From Lachnospiraceae bacterium (lineage in GTDB: Bacteria; Bacillota; Clostridia; Lachnospirales; Lachnospiraceae), in contig CAVJHK010000001.1 in NCBI GenBank assembly GCA_963649295.1, positions 4,636 through 68,635 of the forward strand: a stretch of 64,000 nucleotides of DNA, written 5' to 3'. Made by a program: the position numbers and the translations under genes. The notes beneath the pieces are model-generated. The model saw only the letters and a list, made by a program, of their open reading frames with translations, was not told the DNA's origin and searched no databases. Positions 53,435 through 63,121 of this stretch are shown here, in pieces. Within the stretch, counting starts at the first letter, position 1, and the number at the start of each line of letters is the position of its first letter.

Positions 53435-55891
53435 ATGGCGCAGGGTTCGGTCGTTAAGACGTTTTCAAATTTTGGAAAAAGCATATCGGCATTTGTAAAA
53501 AACACAAAAAAATTTTTGAAATCGTCCAAATATCGTACTGCCGCATATTATTCCTATTGCTATAATCATACAAAGACGGACAAAAAAATTATTCTTTATG
53601 AGGCTTTTTTTGGGCGAGGGATGCTTTGCGGACCTTATGCGATTTTTCTGGAGGCCCTGAAAGAGCCCCGCATGGAAAATTTTGAGCATTTTTGGGTGAT
53701 TGCGGGGTCTGATGACTTAAAAAAATTAAAAAAAGAAAATAATAATCCCCACGTCCATTTTGTACAATACAACAGCCGCAAATATCTGAAGCTTCTTTCA
53801 AAAGCGGGATATCTGATAAACAATGTCAATTTTAAATATTATTTTACAAAAAAGCCGGATCAAATCTATGTAAACACATGGCACGGAATTCCTCTAAAAA
53901 CACTGGGCTACGACATGCCGAACGGCAAAACCGAGACATCAAACGTAGTCAGGAATATGATGCTTTCCGATTATATGATATCCGCAAGCCCTTTTTTGAC
54001 ACAGATTTATCTAAAAAGCTACAAGCTTGACGAAATCTATACCGGAAAAATTATCGAAGAGGGCTATCCGCGTCTTGATTTGATTGACAATGAATCTTAT
54101 GACGAACGTGCTGAGGTGCTTTTTGGCCACGGCGTAAAAATTCAAAAAGGCAAAAAAGTCATACTTTATGCGCCGACCTGGAAGGGAAAAAGCTATGGCA
54201 CGGCAAGCTCGGATGTGTCGGGGCTTTTTGAATTCAAATCAAATCTCGAAAAAATGATTGATACAGACAAATATCAAATCCTCATAAAACCTCACCAGAG
54301 GCTGTGGGAGCTGGCACACAATGATTTAAATTTTCCTTTTGTTGTGCCCGCTACTGTAGACGCAAATCTGGTGCTCGGCATAACAGATATACTTGTGAGT
54401 GATTTTTCAAGTATTTTTTATGATTTTTTGAGAACCGGCAGGCCTGTGCTCTTTCTTATTGAGGATTATGAATCGTATGCATCGGAGCGCGGTTTGTATT
54501 TTAGCCCCACGTCGGCGCTTCCGGGGCCCGTTGCGGTGACGGCATCCGAAATTGCGTCATATATAAACGATATTGAGAGTGTAACCAAAGCTTTTGCGGA
54601 CAAATACAGGGAAATTTCGGAATTTGCATGCGCTTCGGCATCGCCCTGTATTTCAAAGCGTATAATTGACATCGTATTTTTCAAAAAAACGGAAGGGTAT
54701 AATATCATATCCGCAAATCATACAAAAAAGAAAATTCTTTTGTCACGCGGGCGCATGGGCATAAACGGAATTACCACGTCCATGCTGAGTCTGTTAAACA
54801 ATATTGACTATGATCGTTATGATGTAACGCTCATGATCGAAAAAACGAAGGATGACAGAAGAAGCGGCTTCATAGAAAGAATAAACAAACATGTGCGTGT
54901 GATATACAGAACGCAGATGCCGCCGATGACGGCAGCGGAGGTGCTCTTTTACAAATACGAAAGAAAACGTGATTCACATACCGAAATCAGGTCAAAAGGT
55001 CTGAAAAGAGAATGGTCAAGGCTCTTTGGAGATGTTGTATTTGATTCGGCCATAGATTTTTCGGGATATATATATTTTGACGCGGCGCTGCTTCTTGTGG
55101 GTTCTGCCCGTCACAAAAGCATCTGGCTTCACAATGACATGAAGGCGGAATATGACAACAAAAACAGAATATACAGGTATATCTTTGCGATTTATTCGCT
55201 GTTTGATTCGGTTGTTGCGTGCGGCAAAGAAATTATGCGCGTAAATGCGGAAAAAATTCCCGGGCACTACGGCTTAAAATCACGAATCACATATGCGGGA
55301 AATACCATAGATCTTGAAAGGATTTTGTCGGAAAGCATGGCGGAGCCCCGATATGATATAATTCATGAAGATCCGGAAAGTCACAAAAGGGTAATTAATT
55401 TTATCACAATCGGCCGCATGTCACCCGAAAAAAATCAGCCGGAGCTTGTTCGCGGATTTAAGCTGTTCCATGATAAAAATCCCGATTCGAAGCTTTATAT
55501 TTTTGGTACGGGAAAGCTAAAAAAAGAGCTTAGGGCTTACGTCGAAGAAAATAATCTTATGGATTCTGTAATTATGCCGGGAACTGTCAAAAATCCGTAT
55601 CCGATGCTAAAGAATGCCGATTGCTTTATTTTGCCCTCGATTTATGAAGGACTTCCCATGACCGTATATGAGGCAAGAGTCCTGCATAAACCTATCATTA
55701 TGTCGGATTTTGATTCCGTCACGGAATGCGAAACGGAAAACGGACAGCTTGTTGTCGGCAAAAGTGCAAATGAGATTTATAAAGGGATGGTTTGTTATAA
55801 AGAAGGCAGGGTTCCGGAAAATTATATATTTGATGCCGAAGCCTACAACAAAGAAAAGATGGACGAGTTTTATCACAGCGTTGGAGTATAA
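53435..55891 (+). CDS. bifunctional CDP-glycerol glycerophosphotransferase (TagF-like) / GT4-type glycosyltransferase
   Basis: YVNTWHGIPLKTLGYD is the TagB/TagF family motif. The C-terminal GRMSPEKN...ILPSIYEGLPMTVYEA is a Glycos_transf_1 motif. Confidence 0.8.
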   Translation: MAQGSVVKTFSNFGKSISAFVKNTKKFLKSSKYRTAAYYSYCYNHTKTDKKIILYEAFFGRGMLCGPYAIFLEALKEPRMENFEHFWVIAGSDDLKKLKKENNNPHVHFVQYNSRKYLKLLSKAGYLINNVNFKYYFTKKPDQIYVNTWHGIPLKTLGYDMPNGKTETSNVVRNMMLSDYMISASPFLTQIYLKSYKLDEIYTGKIIEEGYPRLDLIDNESYDERAEVLFGHGVKIQKGKKVILYAPTWKGKSYGTASSDVSGLFEFKSNLEKMIDTDKYQILIKPHQRLWELAHNDLNFPFVVPATVDANLVLGITDILVSDFSSIFYDFLRTGRPVLFLIEDYESYASERGLYFSPTSALPGPVAVTASEIASYINDIESVTKAFADKYREISEFACASASPCISKRIIDIVFFKKTEGYNIISANHTKKKILLSRGRMGINGITTSMLSLLNNIDYDRYDVTLMIEKTKDDRRSGFIERINKHVRVIYRTQMPPMTAAEVLFYKYERKRDSHTEIRSKGLKREWSRLFGDVVFDSAIDFSGYIYFDAALLLVGSARHKSIWLHNDMKAEYDNKNRIYRYIFAIYSLFDSVVACGKEIMRVNAEKIPGHYGLKSRITYAGNTIDLERILSESMAEPRYDIIHEDPESHKRVINFITIGRMSPEKNQPELVRGFKLFHDKNPDSKLYIFGTGKLKKELRAYVEENNLMDSVIMPGTVKNPYPMLKNADCFILPSIYEGLPMTVYEARVLHKPIIMSDFDSVTECETENGQLVVGKSANEIYKGMVCYKEGRVPENYIFDAEAYNKEKMDEFYHSVGV

Positions 55892-56887
55892 ATGATACCG
55901 ATAAGCATAATTATTCCCGCATACAACATCGAAGACTATGTTTCGGAGTGCATGAATCACCTGATTTATGACCTTTCTTTTGGCGCGGAAATAATTGTTG
56001 TTGATGACGGAAGCACCGACAATACGGGAAAAATCGCAAAAGAATTTGCGGACAAAAATCCGGAGCTCGTAAGGTATTATAGGATTTCCCATTCGGGACT
56101 TTCTGCCGCACGTAATTTTGGAATAAGTGTATCGCGGGGGCGGTATGTGGGATTTGCGGACGGAGACGATTATGTCGTGCCGGGTTGCTTTTATAAGGCT
56201 TTTACCGAAGCCCAAAAGCATGATGCGGATATGGCTGTTTTTGACTGGGCAAAAGTAAATGAACGTCATACGGTGATTTCATCGGTTACGGAAGGAACTT
56301 CCGAAAACGGGCTGATCCCCCAAAATCAAAAAAAGGATTTTATAAAAAAATGCCAGCCGTATGCATGGTCAAAAATATACAAAAAATCGTTCCTTGATAA
56401 GCATCAGACTATAAGATATCCCGTCGGAAAAATTTATGAGGATATTCCCGTGACATTTCCGCTTCTTTTTCTTTCCGAAAAAACGATTAAGATAAACGAG
56501 TGTCTTTATTATCATGTTGATGACAGAAGGGGCGCAATAACTAACGCAAAAACGTCAAAAATCCTTGATATTTTTGATTCGTTAAAAACAATACTTGAAT
56601 TTTTTAAGACCTACGGGGTCTTTTACGAATACAGAAATGCTTTGTGTTATATTGCTCTTCGCCATATATATGCAAGATTTATGGATTTTTCGGGATATGT
56701 GGACAAAAAATTAAAAATAAAAATCCTTGATACCGGATTTGATTTTCTTAATTTTGAATTTCCCGACTGGAAAAGGCACAATGAATTTTTTTGTGACGCC
56801 TTTCACGGTAAAATTGCCCAAAATATTGTCAAATCAAGGCTCTTTTGGGAGATAGGAATAAAACATAAAAATTTAAAATTTATTTAG
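55892..56887 (+). CDS. family 2 glycosyltransferase
   Basis: ISIIIPAYNIEDYV...VVDDGSTDNT...FADGDD motifs. Confidence 0.85.
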   Translation: MIPISIIIPAYNIEDYVSECMNHLIYDLSFGAEIIVVDDGSTDNTGKIAKEFADKNPELVRYYRISHSGLSAARNFGISVSRGRYVGFADGDDYVVPGCFYKAFTEAQKHDADMAVFDWAKVNERHTVISSVTEGTSENGLIPQNQKKDFIKKCQPYAWSKIYKKSFLDKHQTIRYPVGKIYEDIPVTFPLLFLSEKTIKINECLYYHVDDRRGAITNAKTSKILDIFDSLKTILEFFKTYGVFYEYRNALCYIALRHIYARFMDFSGYVDKKLKIKILDTGFDFLNFEFPDWKRHNEFFCDAFHGKIAQNIVKSRLFWEIGIKHKNLKFI

Positions 56888-56969
56888 TGGTATCGTTAAT
56901 TTTAAAAAGAATTTTTTTGACACGGCGGGCGAATTTGTCAGGCGTTCAAAAGCAAACAGAAATTATTAT

Positions 56970-58709
56970 GTGAGCTGTTCGTCACGTAAAATAAAAAAAG
57001 ACACATATCTTTTTGAAAGCTTCTGGGGGCGCGAGGTTACGGGCACACCGCTTGCGATATGTGAGGAGCTTGTGCGGACCGGCTGTCACAAAAAACCAAA
57101 AATTTATTTTGTGACCGATAAGGAAAACAAAAAAACAAACCGGCGCGTGCTGGATTATGCGGGGCTACGGACAGTGCGCCTCATAGATATCAAAAGCCGC
57201 AAGTACCACAAAATCCTTGCGACGGCAGAATATCTGGTGAACAATGTCACGTTTCCCGAATATTTTATCAGGCGTCCCGAGCAAACGTACCTAAACACCT
57301 GGCACGGCACACCGCTTAAGACGCTTGGGAAGAGCGAGGGACATTCCTTTGACGGCATAAAAAATACCGAAAGAAATTTTTTGCAGGCAAATTTGCTTCT
57401 TTATCCGAATGAATATACAAAAGACAAAATTTTTTGCGATTATAATCTCGATATGCTTTATACGGGGAAATATATGCTTATGGGATATCCGCAGAATGAT
57501 GTGTTTTTGAGGGAAGCCTGTGTGCCTGTAAACGGAAACGATGTGTCCTTAAACAAAAATGCTGCGGATTGTGTTCCTCGCACACACTTAAATATCGCAT
57601 ATATGCCTACGTGGCGTACACTAAATACGGGAGAAATACGTAAAAAAGATATCTTTAATATTTTAAGGCAGTTTGACAGTATCCTAAAGGACAATCAAAA
57701 GCTTTTTGTAAAGCTCCATCAATATGACAGGATGCATGTGGATTTTAGTGGATTTAAGCATATATTCACTTTTCCCTGCGATATTCCGACATATGATTTT
57801 TTGATTGGTATGGATGCTCTCATAACCGATTATTCAAGTATTATGTTTGACTTTATGGTATCACGCCGTCCGGTTGTGCTTTTTGTATATGACAGGGATA
57901 AATATTTGTCGGACAGAGGATGCTATATTGATTTGGATGAGCTTTTGTTTAAAAAAGCTTATAATTTTGACGAAATGCGTGAAGTGTTAAACAATAATTT
58001 TGAGGGATGTGCGGATTATGGGGACAATCCGGACTTTATGAAGAAATTTTGCGGGGAATTAAAGGCGACATCGGGTGTGGTGCTTAATTTTCTTTTGGGA
58101 AAAGACAGCCGTATAACAGAGAGTTCTGTATCAGACAGCCGTATAACAGAGAGTTCTGTATCAGACAGCCGTATAACAGAGAGCCAAGTAAACCGCGACT
58201 TTGTAACCGACTGTTCCTTAAACAGATTTGTCTTAAAAGATGTTTATGTGATAAGTCCGGACCGTGATTTTGAAAAAAACATAAAAATGCTTAAAAGTAC
58301 TGATCCCATGCGCACCGTTATTGTATTTGACGGAGAACCGGGAGAGCGTGAGATGCGATTGCTTGAGAGCGTAACACGTGCGCCCCAGATTATCGCGGGC
58401 AGATTCATGCATGTGAGAGGTGTGGATGCGGTCAGATTAAACAAAATGTTTGAGCGAAACGCAGGAAATATAAAGACGGAAAGCGATGCAAAAATACGAA
58501 GCGATACAAAAGTACAAGGCGATGCAAAAGCGTGCTGCGGTACCAAAAGAGAATGCGGAATACAAAAACATAGAAAACATAGCACTTCCCTCACACACGC
58601 ATTTTCGCGTGAAACAGAGCGCCTGCTTCCGAATATTACAATAAAAAGCGTAAATGTGCTTTCGGAGAGTGCGTACGGTGCGGAACTTGCGCGTTCATTT
58701 AAGAAATAA
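56970..58709 (+). CDS. CDP-glycerol glycerophosphotransferase (TagF-like), second copy, with repeat-containing C-terminal extension
   Basis: YLNTWHGTPLKTLGK and ITDYSSIMFDF motifs. The start codon is uncertain (GTG 56970, no clear RBS). Confidence 0.75.
   Translation: MSCSSRKIKKDTYLFESFWGREVTGTPLAICEELVRTGCHKKPKIYFVTDKENKKTNRRVLDYAGLRTVRLIDIKSRKYHKILATAEYLVNNVTFPEYFIRRPEQTYLNTWHGTPLKTLGKSEGHSFDGIKNTERNFLQANLLLYPNEYTKDKIFCDYNLDMLYTGKYMLMGYPQNDVFLREACVPVNGNDVSLNKNAADCVPRTHLNIAYMPTWRTLNTGEIRKKDIFNILRQFDSILKDNQKLFVKLHQYDRMHVDFSGFKHIFTFPCDIPTYDFLIGMDALITDYSSIMFDFMVSRRPVVLFVYDRDKYLSDRGCYIDLDELLFKKAYNFDEMREVLNNNFEGCADYGDNPDFMKKFCGELKATSGVVLNFLLGKDSRITESSVSDSRITESSVSDSRITESQVNRDFVTDCSLNRFVLKDVYVISPDRDFEKNIKMLKSTDPMRTVIVFDGEPGEREMRLLESVTRAPQIIAGRFMHVRGVDAVRLNKMFERNAGNIKTESDAKIRSDTKVQGDAKACCGTKRECGIQKHRKHSTSLTHAFSRETERLLPNITIKSVNVLSESAYGAELARSFKK
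58104..58183 (+). repeat. 30-bp tandem coding repeat, 2.7 copies (DSRITESSVS)
   Basis: gacagccgtataacagagagttctgtatca occurs twice perfectly, plus a 20-nt partial copy. Confidence 0.95.
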
Positions 58710-58761
58710 GGAAAATTAAAAAAATCACGCGTGAATACGTGAATATGCAAAGGATATTTAT

Positions 58762-59616
58762 ATGGGAAATTTAATCGACCCAAAAGAAACAATAGAAATA
58801 CTGAATAAATACAAATTTGTTTTCCAAAAGCGTTTCGGACAGAATTTTCTTGTGGATGCGCACGTCCTTAACAAGATTATAAATGCAGCAGGCATAACCG
58901 GGGACGATTTTGTGCTTGAAATAGGCCCCGGGATAGGAACAATGACGCAAAGGCTTGCCGAAACCGCACGCGAAGTTGTAGCGGTTGAGATAGACAAAAA
59001 TCTGATTCCGATTCTGACCGAAGACACGTTAAAGGATTACAGCAACGTAACCGTCATAAATGCGGATATTCTTGAGCTTGATATAAACAAACTTATCACA
59101 GAAAAAAATGCCGGCAAAAAAATCAAGGTTGTGGCAAATCTTCCTTATTACATCACAACGCCCATAATTATGTCTTTGTTTGAAAAGCACATTCCGATCG
59201 AAAGCATTACGGTAATGGTGCAGGCGGAGGTTGCGGCCCGCATGCAGGCGTCGCCCGGCACAAAGGATTACGGCGCATTGTCGCTTGCGGTTCAATATTA
59301 TGCGGATGCCTATATTGCGGCAAATGTTCCCATGAATTCGTTTATGCCGCGTCCGAATGTTTCATCGGCGGTAATAAGGCTTACGTTAAAGGACGAAAAA
59401 ATAAAGGTAAAAGACGAACGGCTTATGTTTATGTTAATCAGGGCATCCTTTAATCACAGGCGCAAAACCCTCGTAAACGGACTTGCGGGAGAATTAAAGG
59501 ATAAGTATTTAAAGGAGCAAATCCTTTCGGCGGTTTTATCCTGCGGATTTAAAGAAACGGTGCGCGGCGAAGAGCTCACACTTTCTGATTTTGCAAGGCT
59601 CTCGGAGGCTTTATGA
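58762..59616 (+). CDS. rsmA: 16S rRNA (adenine1518/1519-N6)-dimethyltransferase
   Basis: KRFGQNFLVD, LEIGPGIGTMT and NLPYYITTPI motifs. Confidence 0.95.
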   Translation: MGNLIDPKETIEILNKYKFVFQKRFGQNFLVDAHVLNKIINAAGITGDDFVLEIGPGIGTMTQRLAETAREVVAVEIDKNLIPILTEDTLKDYSNVTVINADILELDINKLITEKNAGKKIKVVANLPYYITTPIIMSLFEKHIPIESITVMVQAEVAARMQASPGTKDYGALSLAVQYYADAYIAANVPMNSFMPRPNVSSAVIRLTLKDEKIKVKDERLMFMLIRASFNHRRKTLVNGLAGELKDKYLKEQILSAVLSCGFKETVRGEELTLSDFARLSEAL

Positions 59617-60266
59617 GATTCAAAAAAACAGATGCATATGAGGGCGTGTTGTTTTTTAGGGGTATAGTGTGTGACTGTTATTTTTTGTCCGGTTATGAGA
59701 TTGAACTTATTGTAAAAAAATACAAAGACAATTTGGACGTAAGGACGCTTTATAAGTTTTTTCGGAAAGTCAGAATAAAATTCGAAAAAAAAGGATATAC
59801 GGATATTTCTGTTGTGTCCTATGCGGACAGCGTTTTAAACGAATTGTACAAGAGAACGGCGGGACTAAAATTTGATTCGTCCGAATTTATGCTTTGTTTG
59901 AAGTATGGTGCAATGCGTTTTACGCCGAATGCGGAAATAATAAAAAAGAATGCCGGGGAACTAAAAAAAACAAAATACGGAGCGGAAGTATCTGAGGACA
60001 CCGAAGGTGTTTTTTCAAAGGAGCCCGGCGTTTTTGGATGCTTTGTAAAGGATTATTCCGACGGAAAATATATTTATGATGTTTTTGTGAGAGAGGATTT
60101 GCGTGGGCTCGGATACGGAACAAAATATATGAAAAAAGTTTTGTATGAATATTCGGATTATAATATTTATATCCAGGTGAGCGGTCAGAATACAGCCGCA
60201 ATGGCATTGTATAAGAAACTCGGATTTGAAGCAAAAGAAGAGCTGTGGTATTATAGGGTGCAGTGA
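59613..60266 (+). CDS. GNAT-family N-acetyltransferase (C-terminal domain)
   Basis: VREDLRGLGYGTKYMKKVL...NTAAMALYKKLGFE is an acetyl-CoA binding motif. Confidence 0.65.
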   Translation: MRFKKTDAYEGVLFFRGIVCDCYFLSGYEIELIVKKYKDNLDVRTLYKFFRKVRIKFEKKGYTDISVVSYADSVLNELYKRTAGLKFDSSEFMLCLKYGAMRFTPNAEIIKKNAGELKKTKYGAEVSEDTEGVFSKEPGVFGCFVKDYSDGKYIYDVFVREDLRGLGYGTKYMKKVLYEYSDYNIYIQVSGQNTAAMALYKKLGFEAKEELWYYRVQ

Positions 60267-60294
60267 AAATATGCTGCAGGGCGTGTAATTGTTT

Positions 60295-60840
60295 ATGAAA
60301 ATGACCGATGACGAAAAATTTATGGGCGCGGCAATACGCGAAGCGCGTAAGGCGGCAAAAATCGGTGAAGTGCCGATAGGAGCCGTGATTGTATACGAAG
60401 GCAGAATAATAGGCCGCGGTTACAATAAGAGAAATACAAAGAAGACAACTCTTGCGCACGCGGAGCTTGAAGCGATTCTTAAAGCGGACAAAAAAATCGG
60501 TGACTGGCGGCTTGAAGACTGTACGATTTATATTACGCTTGAGCCCTGTCAAATGTGTGCGGGGGCGCTTGTTCAGGCGCGGATTAAGAGATGCGTTGTG
60601 GGATGCATGAGCCCAAAAGCCGGATGTGCGGGCTCGGTTCTTGATATTTTGCGTCAAAATACGTTTAATCACCAAGTGGAATATGTAAGCGGAATAAGAA
60701 ATGATGAGTGTTCGGAACTCTTAAAGGAATTTTTTAAGAATTTACGTATAGAGAATGCGCTTATAAAAAAGCAGAAAAAGCAAAATGCGGAGGAAGAGTA
60801 TGACTCAAAACTTAATTCCCGGGGAACAGAATCAAATTAA
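60295..60840 (+). CDS. tadA: tRNA-specific adenosine deaminase
   Basis: HAELEAI and TLEPCQMCAGAL zinc-binding motifs. Confidence 0.9.
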   Translation: MKMTDDEKFMGAAIREARKAAKIGEVPIGAVIVYEGRIIGRGYNKRNTKKTTLAHAELEAILKADKKIGDWRLEDCTIYITLEPCQMCAGALVQARIKRCVVGCMSPKAGCAGSVLDILRQNTFNHQVEYVSGIRNDECSELLKEFFKNLRIENALIKKQKKQNAEEEYDSKLNSRGTESN

Positions 60841-63115
60841 AGCAGGAACGGTTATTTTTAGGGAAAAGGATCCTGTTGACTGTGTTTTTGCGGTTGTGCG
60901 CGGAAATGTGCTTGCAAGCAGCGAATATTTTAAAACTGTGCTTTCTGCGGGACATTTTTTCGGAATCTGTGACTTAAGGGGAAAGAGGGCGCTTACAGAC
61001 TATGTGGCTAAGGACGATGTTGTGCTTTATCCGTTCAAAGCAGAAAATATATCGGATTTTATTGCACAGCTCCTAAAAAACAAGGAATACAAGGGCCTTG
61101 TTGTTTCGTCTCTCGCAAAAATCTATAAGGATGCCGTAAAAACTGACAAAACCTATCTTGCTCTGTCAAAAAGCCTTTATGAGCTTATCGAAAACGTAAA
61201 CAACAGGTATATAAAAGCATGCCGTGCGGGCGGAGTTGCGGTAAATAGTTTTGTGCCCGAAAATTTTGCGGCTTACGGCGGCGCAGACCTCACGGATAAG
61301 GAAAACTTCTTCCTTGAATTTGCCGAAATTCCGCGTAACGTGATGAACGTATTTTATTCGGAAACAAACCTTGTCCTCGAAAAAATCGTAAACGATTTTG
61401 CGGATGAATATTTGAAAATTTTTGCAAATGTTTCGGAAGCTGGAAAATATGCCGAAGAAGCTCTCCGTATGATTTACAACGACGGTGAAATGAATATCGT
61501 ATGCGAGCTCATAAAGCTGCAAAAGACGCTCGAAATGGCCGGACGCGCCGACAAAACGCTTGAAGCGCTTGTCATGCAGACGGCGGATGCATATGCAAAG
61601 AGTGAAAATATGATTTCCGAATGCATGGGTGCATTTACATGCGCACGTCGCGACCGCTTCAAAAAAGTGCTTTTGTCGCTAAATGACGGGACGGAAATAA
61701 AAGCGTCCGGAGAAGACAAGTCGGTGTCTGATGAAGACAATTACAGGGCTCTCAAAAATTCCTTAAAGACGATTTTGACATTCGGAAATATTGAGCCGAA
61801 GCTTGCGGCGGAATTTGAAGGCTTGATAAACGAATTTGCGGACAGCCGTGACAAATTAAGCACGGAAGACGAACCGAGAAAACTCCGTCGCAAAATCTCG
61901 GACGGATTTTATAAGATATACAGGGAAGTGTTTTTTAAGTCCCTTGAGGCAAGGACATTGCCCAAGGCCGTGAAGCTTTTTTTGAATTTCGGCTTTACGG
62001 ACGAAAGGCTTGTCACAAAGGAAGAGGCTGTTTTGCTTTGCAATTTGTGTGCTAATTCCGACAAGGAATATTTTTGCAATATTTATACCATGCCCGAGTG
62101 GCTGCATGCCATATATGAAGGTCTGCGTGAGCCTTCAAAAAACGAATTTGACCTTGAATATAACGATGCGATCCGTGAAAAATTAAAGACAAAGGAAATC
62201 ACGGAGGAGCAGGCCCGCAAGCTTTCGGCTGACCAAAAAGCAAAGGTTGACTACGAAATATTCAATATGTTTAAGTATACCGAACGAATCGTAAACGGTG
62301 CGCTTTCGACGTTTGTGCCGGTGCTTTGCTCTGAGCAGGTGACACAGGATTTTATGAAGGCACTTGTGACGTTTGACCGCATGGGACAAACGGTTGAACG
62401 CTTCCGTGAGCTTGATTTTTCGGCATTTTACCGTGAAAAGCTGTTTGCGGACAAAGACCTCCAAATAGAAAAAGAAACGGTAATGATAGAAGTAAAGCCC
62501 GATATCATCCTGTTCCCGTGCTATGGCTCAAACGGCACGATGTGGCAGGAAATAAGCTGTAAATATCGTGACAGTGCGGGAAGATTTTTGTTCCCCGTCC
62601 TCTTTGACGGGAATCTTGACGATGTTTATACCAAAAACCTGGGGCGCTTCCGCTGGGAGCTTTGCCGCACAATGCAGGGCACGGCCTGGAACAATATCCA
62701 GTTTAAGTCGCTTACGTCAGAATATTATGATTATATCGAATATTACAAAAAGAACAAAAATCTCACTGACGACAAAAAAGAAAAAATCAAAAATCAGATC
62801 GCAAAGGCAAAAAACAACGTGCGCGAGGTTTTTGTGCAGGATTATGAGATGTGGATCAAATATGAATCTCAGGGCGGCATGAAATTGAATAAGCAGTCGC
62901 GTGAAATACTTGCCCTTTATTGTCCTTTCTGCAAGCACGTTCGTGCGGAGCTCATATCGCAGCCCGCAATCAATGAGGCAATTGAACGATATAACAGGGA
63001 AACAACGAAAAAGGTGCGTGAAATCGAGCTTCGCCATCATGCGATTTTGTCAAAGAATAAGATTATTTTGCCTCAGGTGATGACGGATACATTAAAGCTT
63101 TATAAGGAGATGTAA
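60800..63115 (+). CDS. large protein with N-terminal cyclic-nucleotide-binding-like domain, function unknown
   Basis: ATG 60800 follows GGAGGAAGAG. IKAGTVIFREKDPVDCVFAVVRGNV...GHFFGICDL resembles a cNMP-binding beta-roll. I did not recognise the remaining ~650 aa. Confidence 0.5.
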   Translation: MTQNLIPGEQNQIKAGTVIFREKDPVDCVFAVVRGNVLASSEYFKTVLSAGHFFGICDLRGKRALTDYVAKDDVVLYPFKAENISDFIAQLLKNKEYKGLVVSSLAKIYKDAVKTDKTYLALSKSLYELIENVNNRYIKACRAGGVAVNSFVPENFAAYGGADLTDKENFFLEFAEIPRNVMNVFYSETNLVLEKIVNDFADEYLKIFANVSEAGKYAEEALRMIYNDGEMNIVCELIKLQKTLEMAGRADKTLEALVMQTADAYAKSENMISECMGAFTCARRDRFKKVLLSLNDGTEIKASGEDKSVSDEDNYRALKNSLKTILTFGNIEPKLAAEFEGLINEFADSRDKLSTEDEPRKLRRKISDGFYKIYREVFFKSLEARTLPKAVKLFLNFGFTDERLVTKEEAVLLCNLCANSDKEYFCNIYTMPEWLHAIYEGLREPSKNEFDLEYNDAIREKLKTKEITEEQARKLSADQKAKVDYEIFNMFKYTERIVNGALSTFVPVLCSEQVTQDFMKALVTFDRMGQTVERFRELDFSAFYREKLFADKDLQIEKETVMIEVKPDIILFPCYGSNGTMWQEISCKYRDSAGRFLFPVLFDGNLDDVYTKNLGRFRWELCRTMQGTAWNNIQFKSLTSEYYDYIEYYKKNKNLTDDKKEKIKNQIAKAKNNVREVFVQDYEMWIKYESQGGMKLNKQSREILALYCPFCKHVRAELISQPAINEAIERYNRETTKKVREIELRHHAILSKNKIILPQVMTDTLKLYKEM

Positions 63116-63121
63116 CACATA

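Noticed and set aside
52785-53529. Minus-strand ORFs 52785-53291 and 53302-53529
   Set aside because: They overlap the nfo CDS and the SRP RNA gene with its promoter. The conserved SRP domain IV sequence explains the region better.
58244-59027. Minus-strand ORFs 58244-58792 and 58758-59027
   Set aside because: They are antisense to the TagF-like and rsmA genes and have no motifs or RBS.
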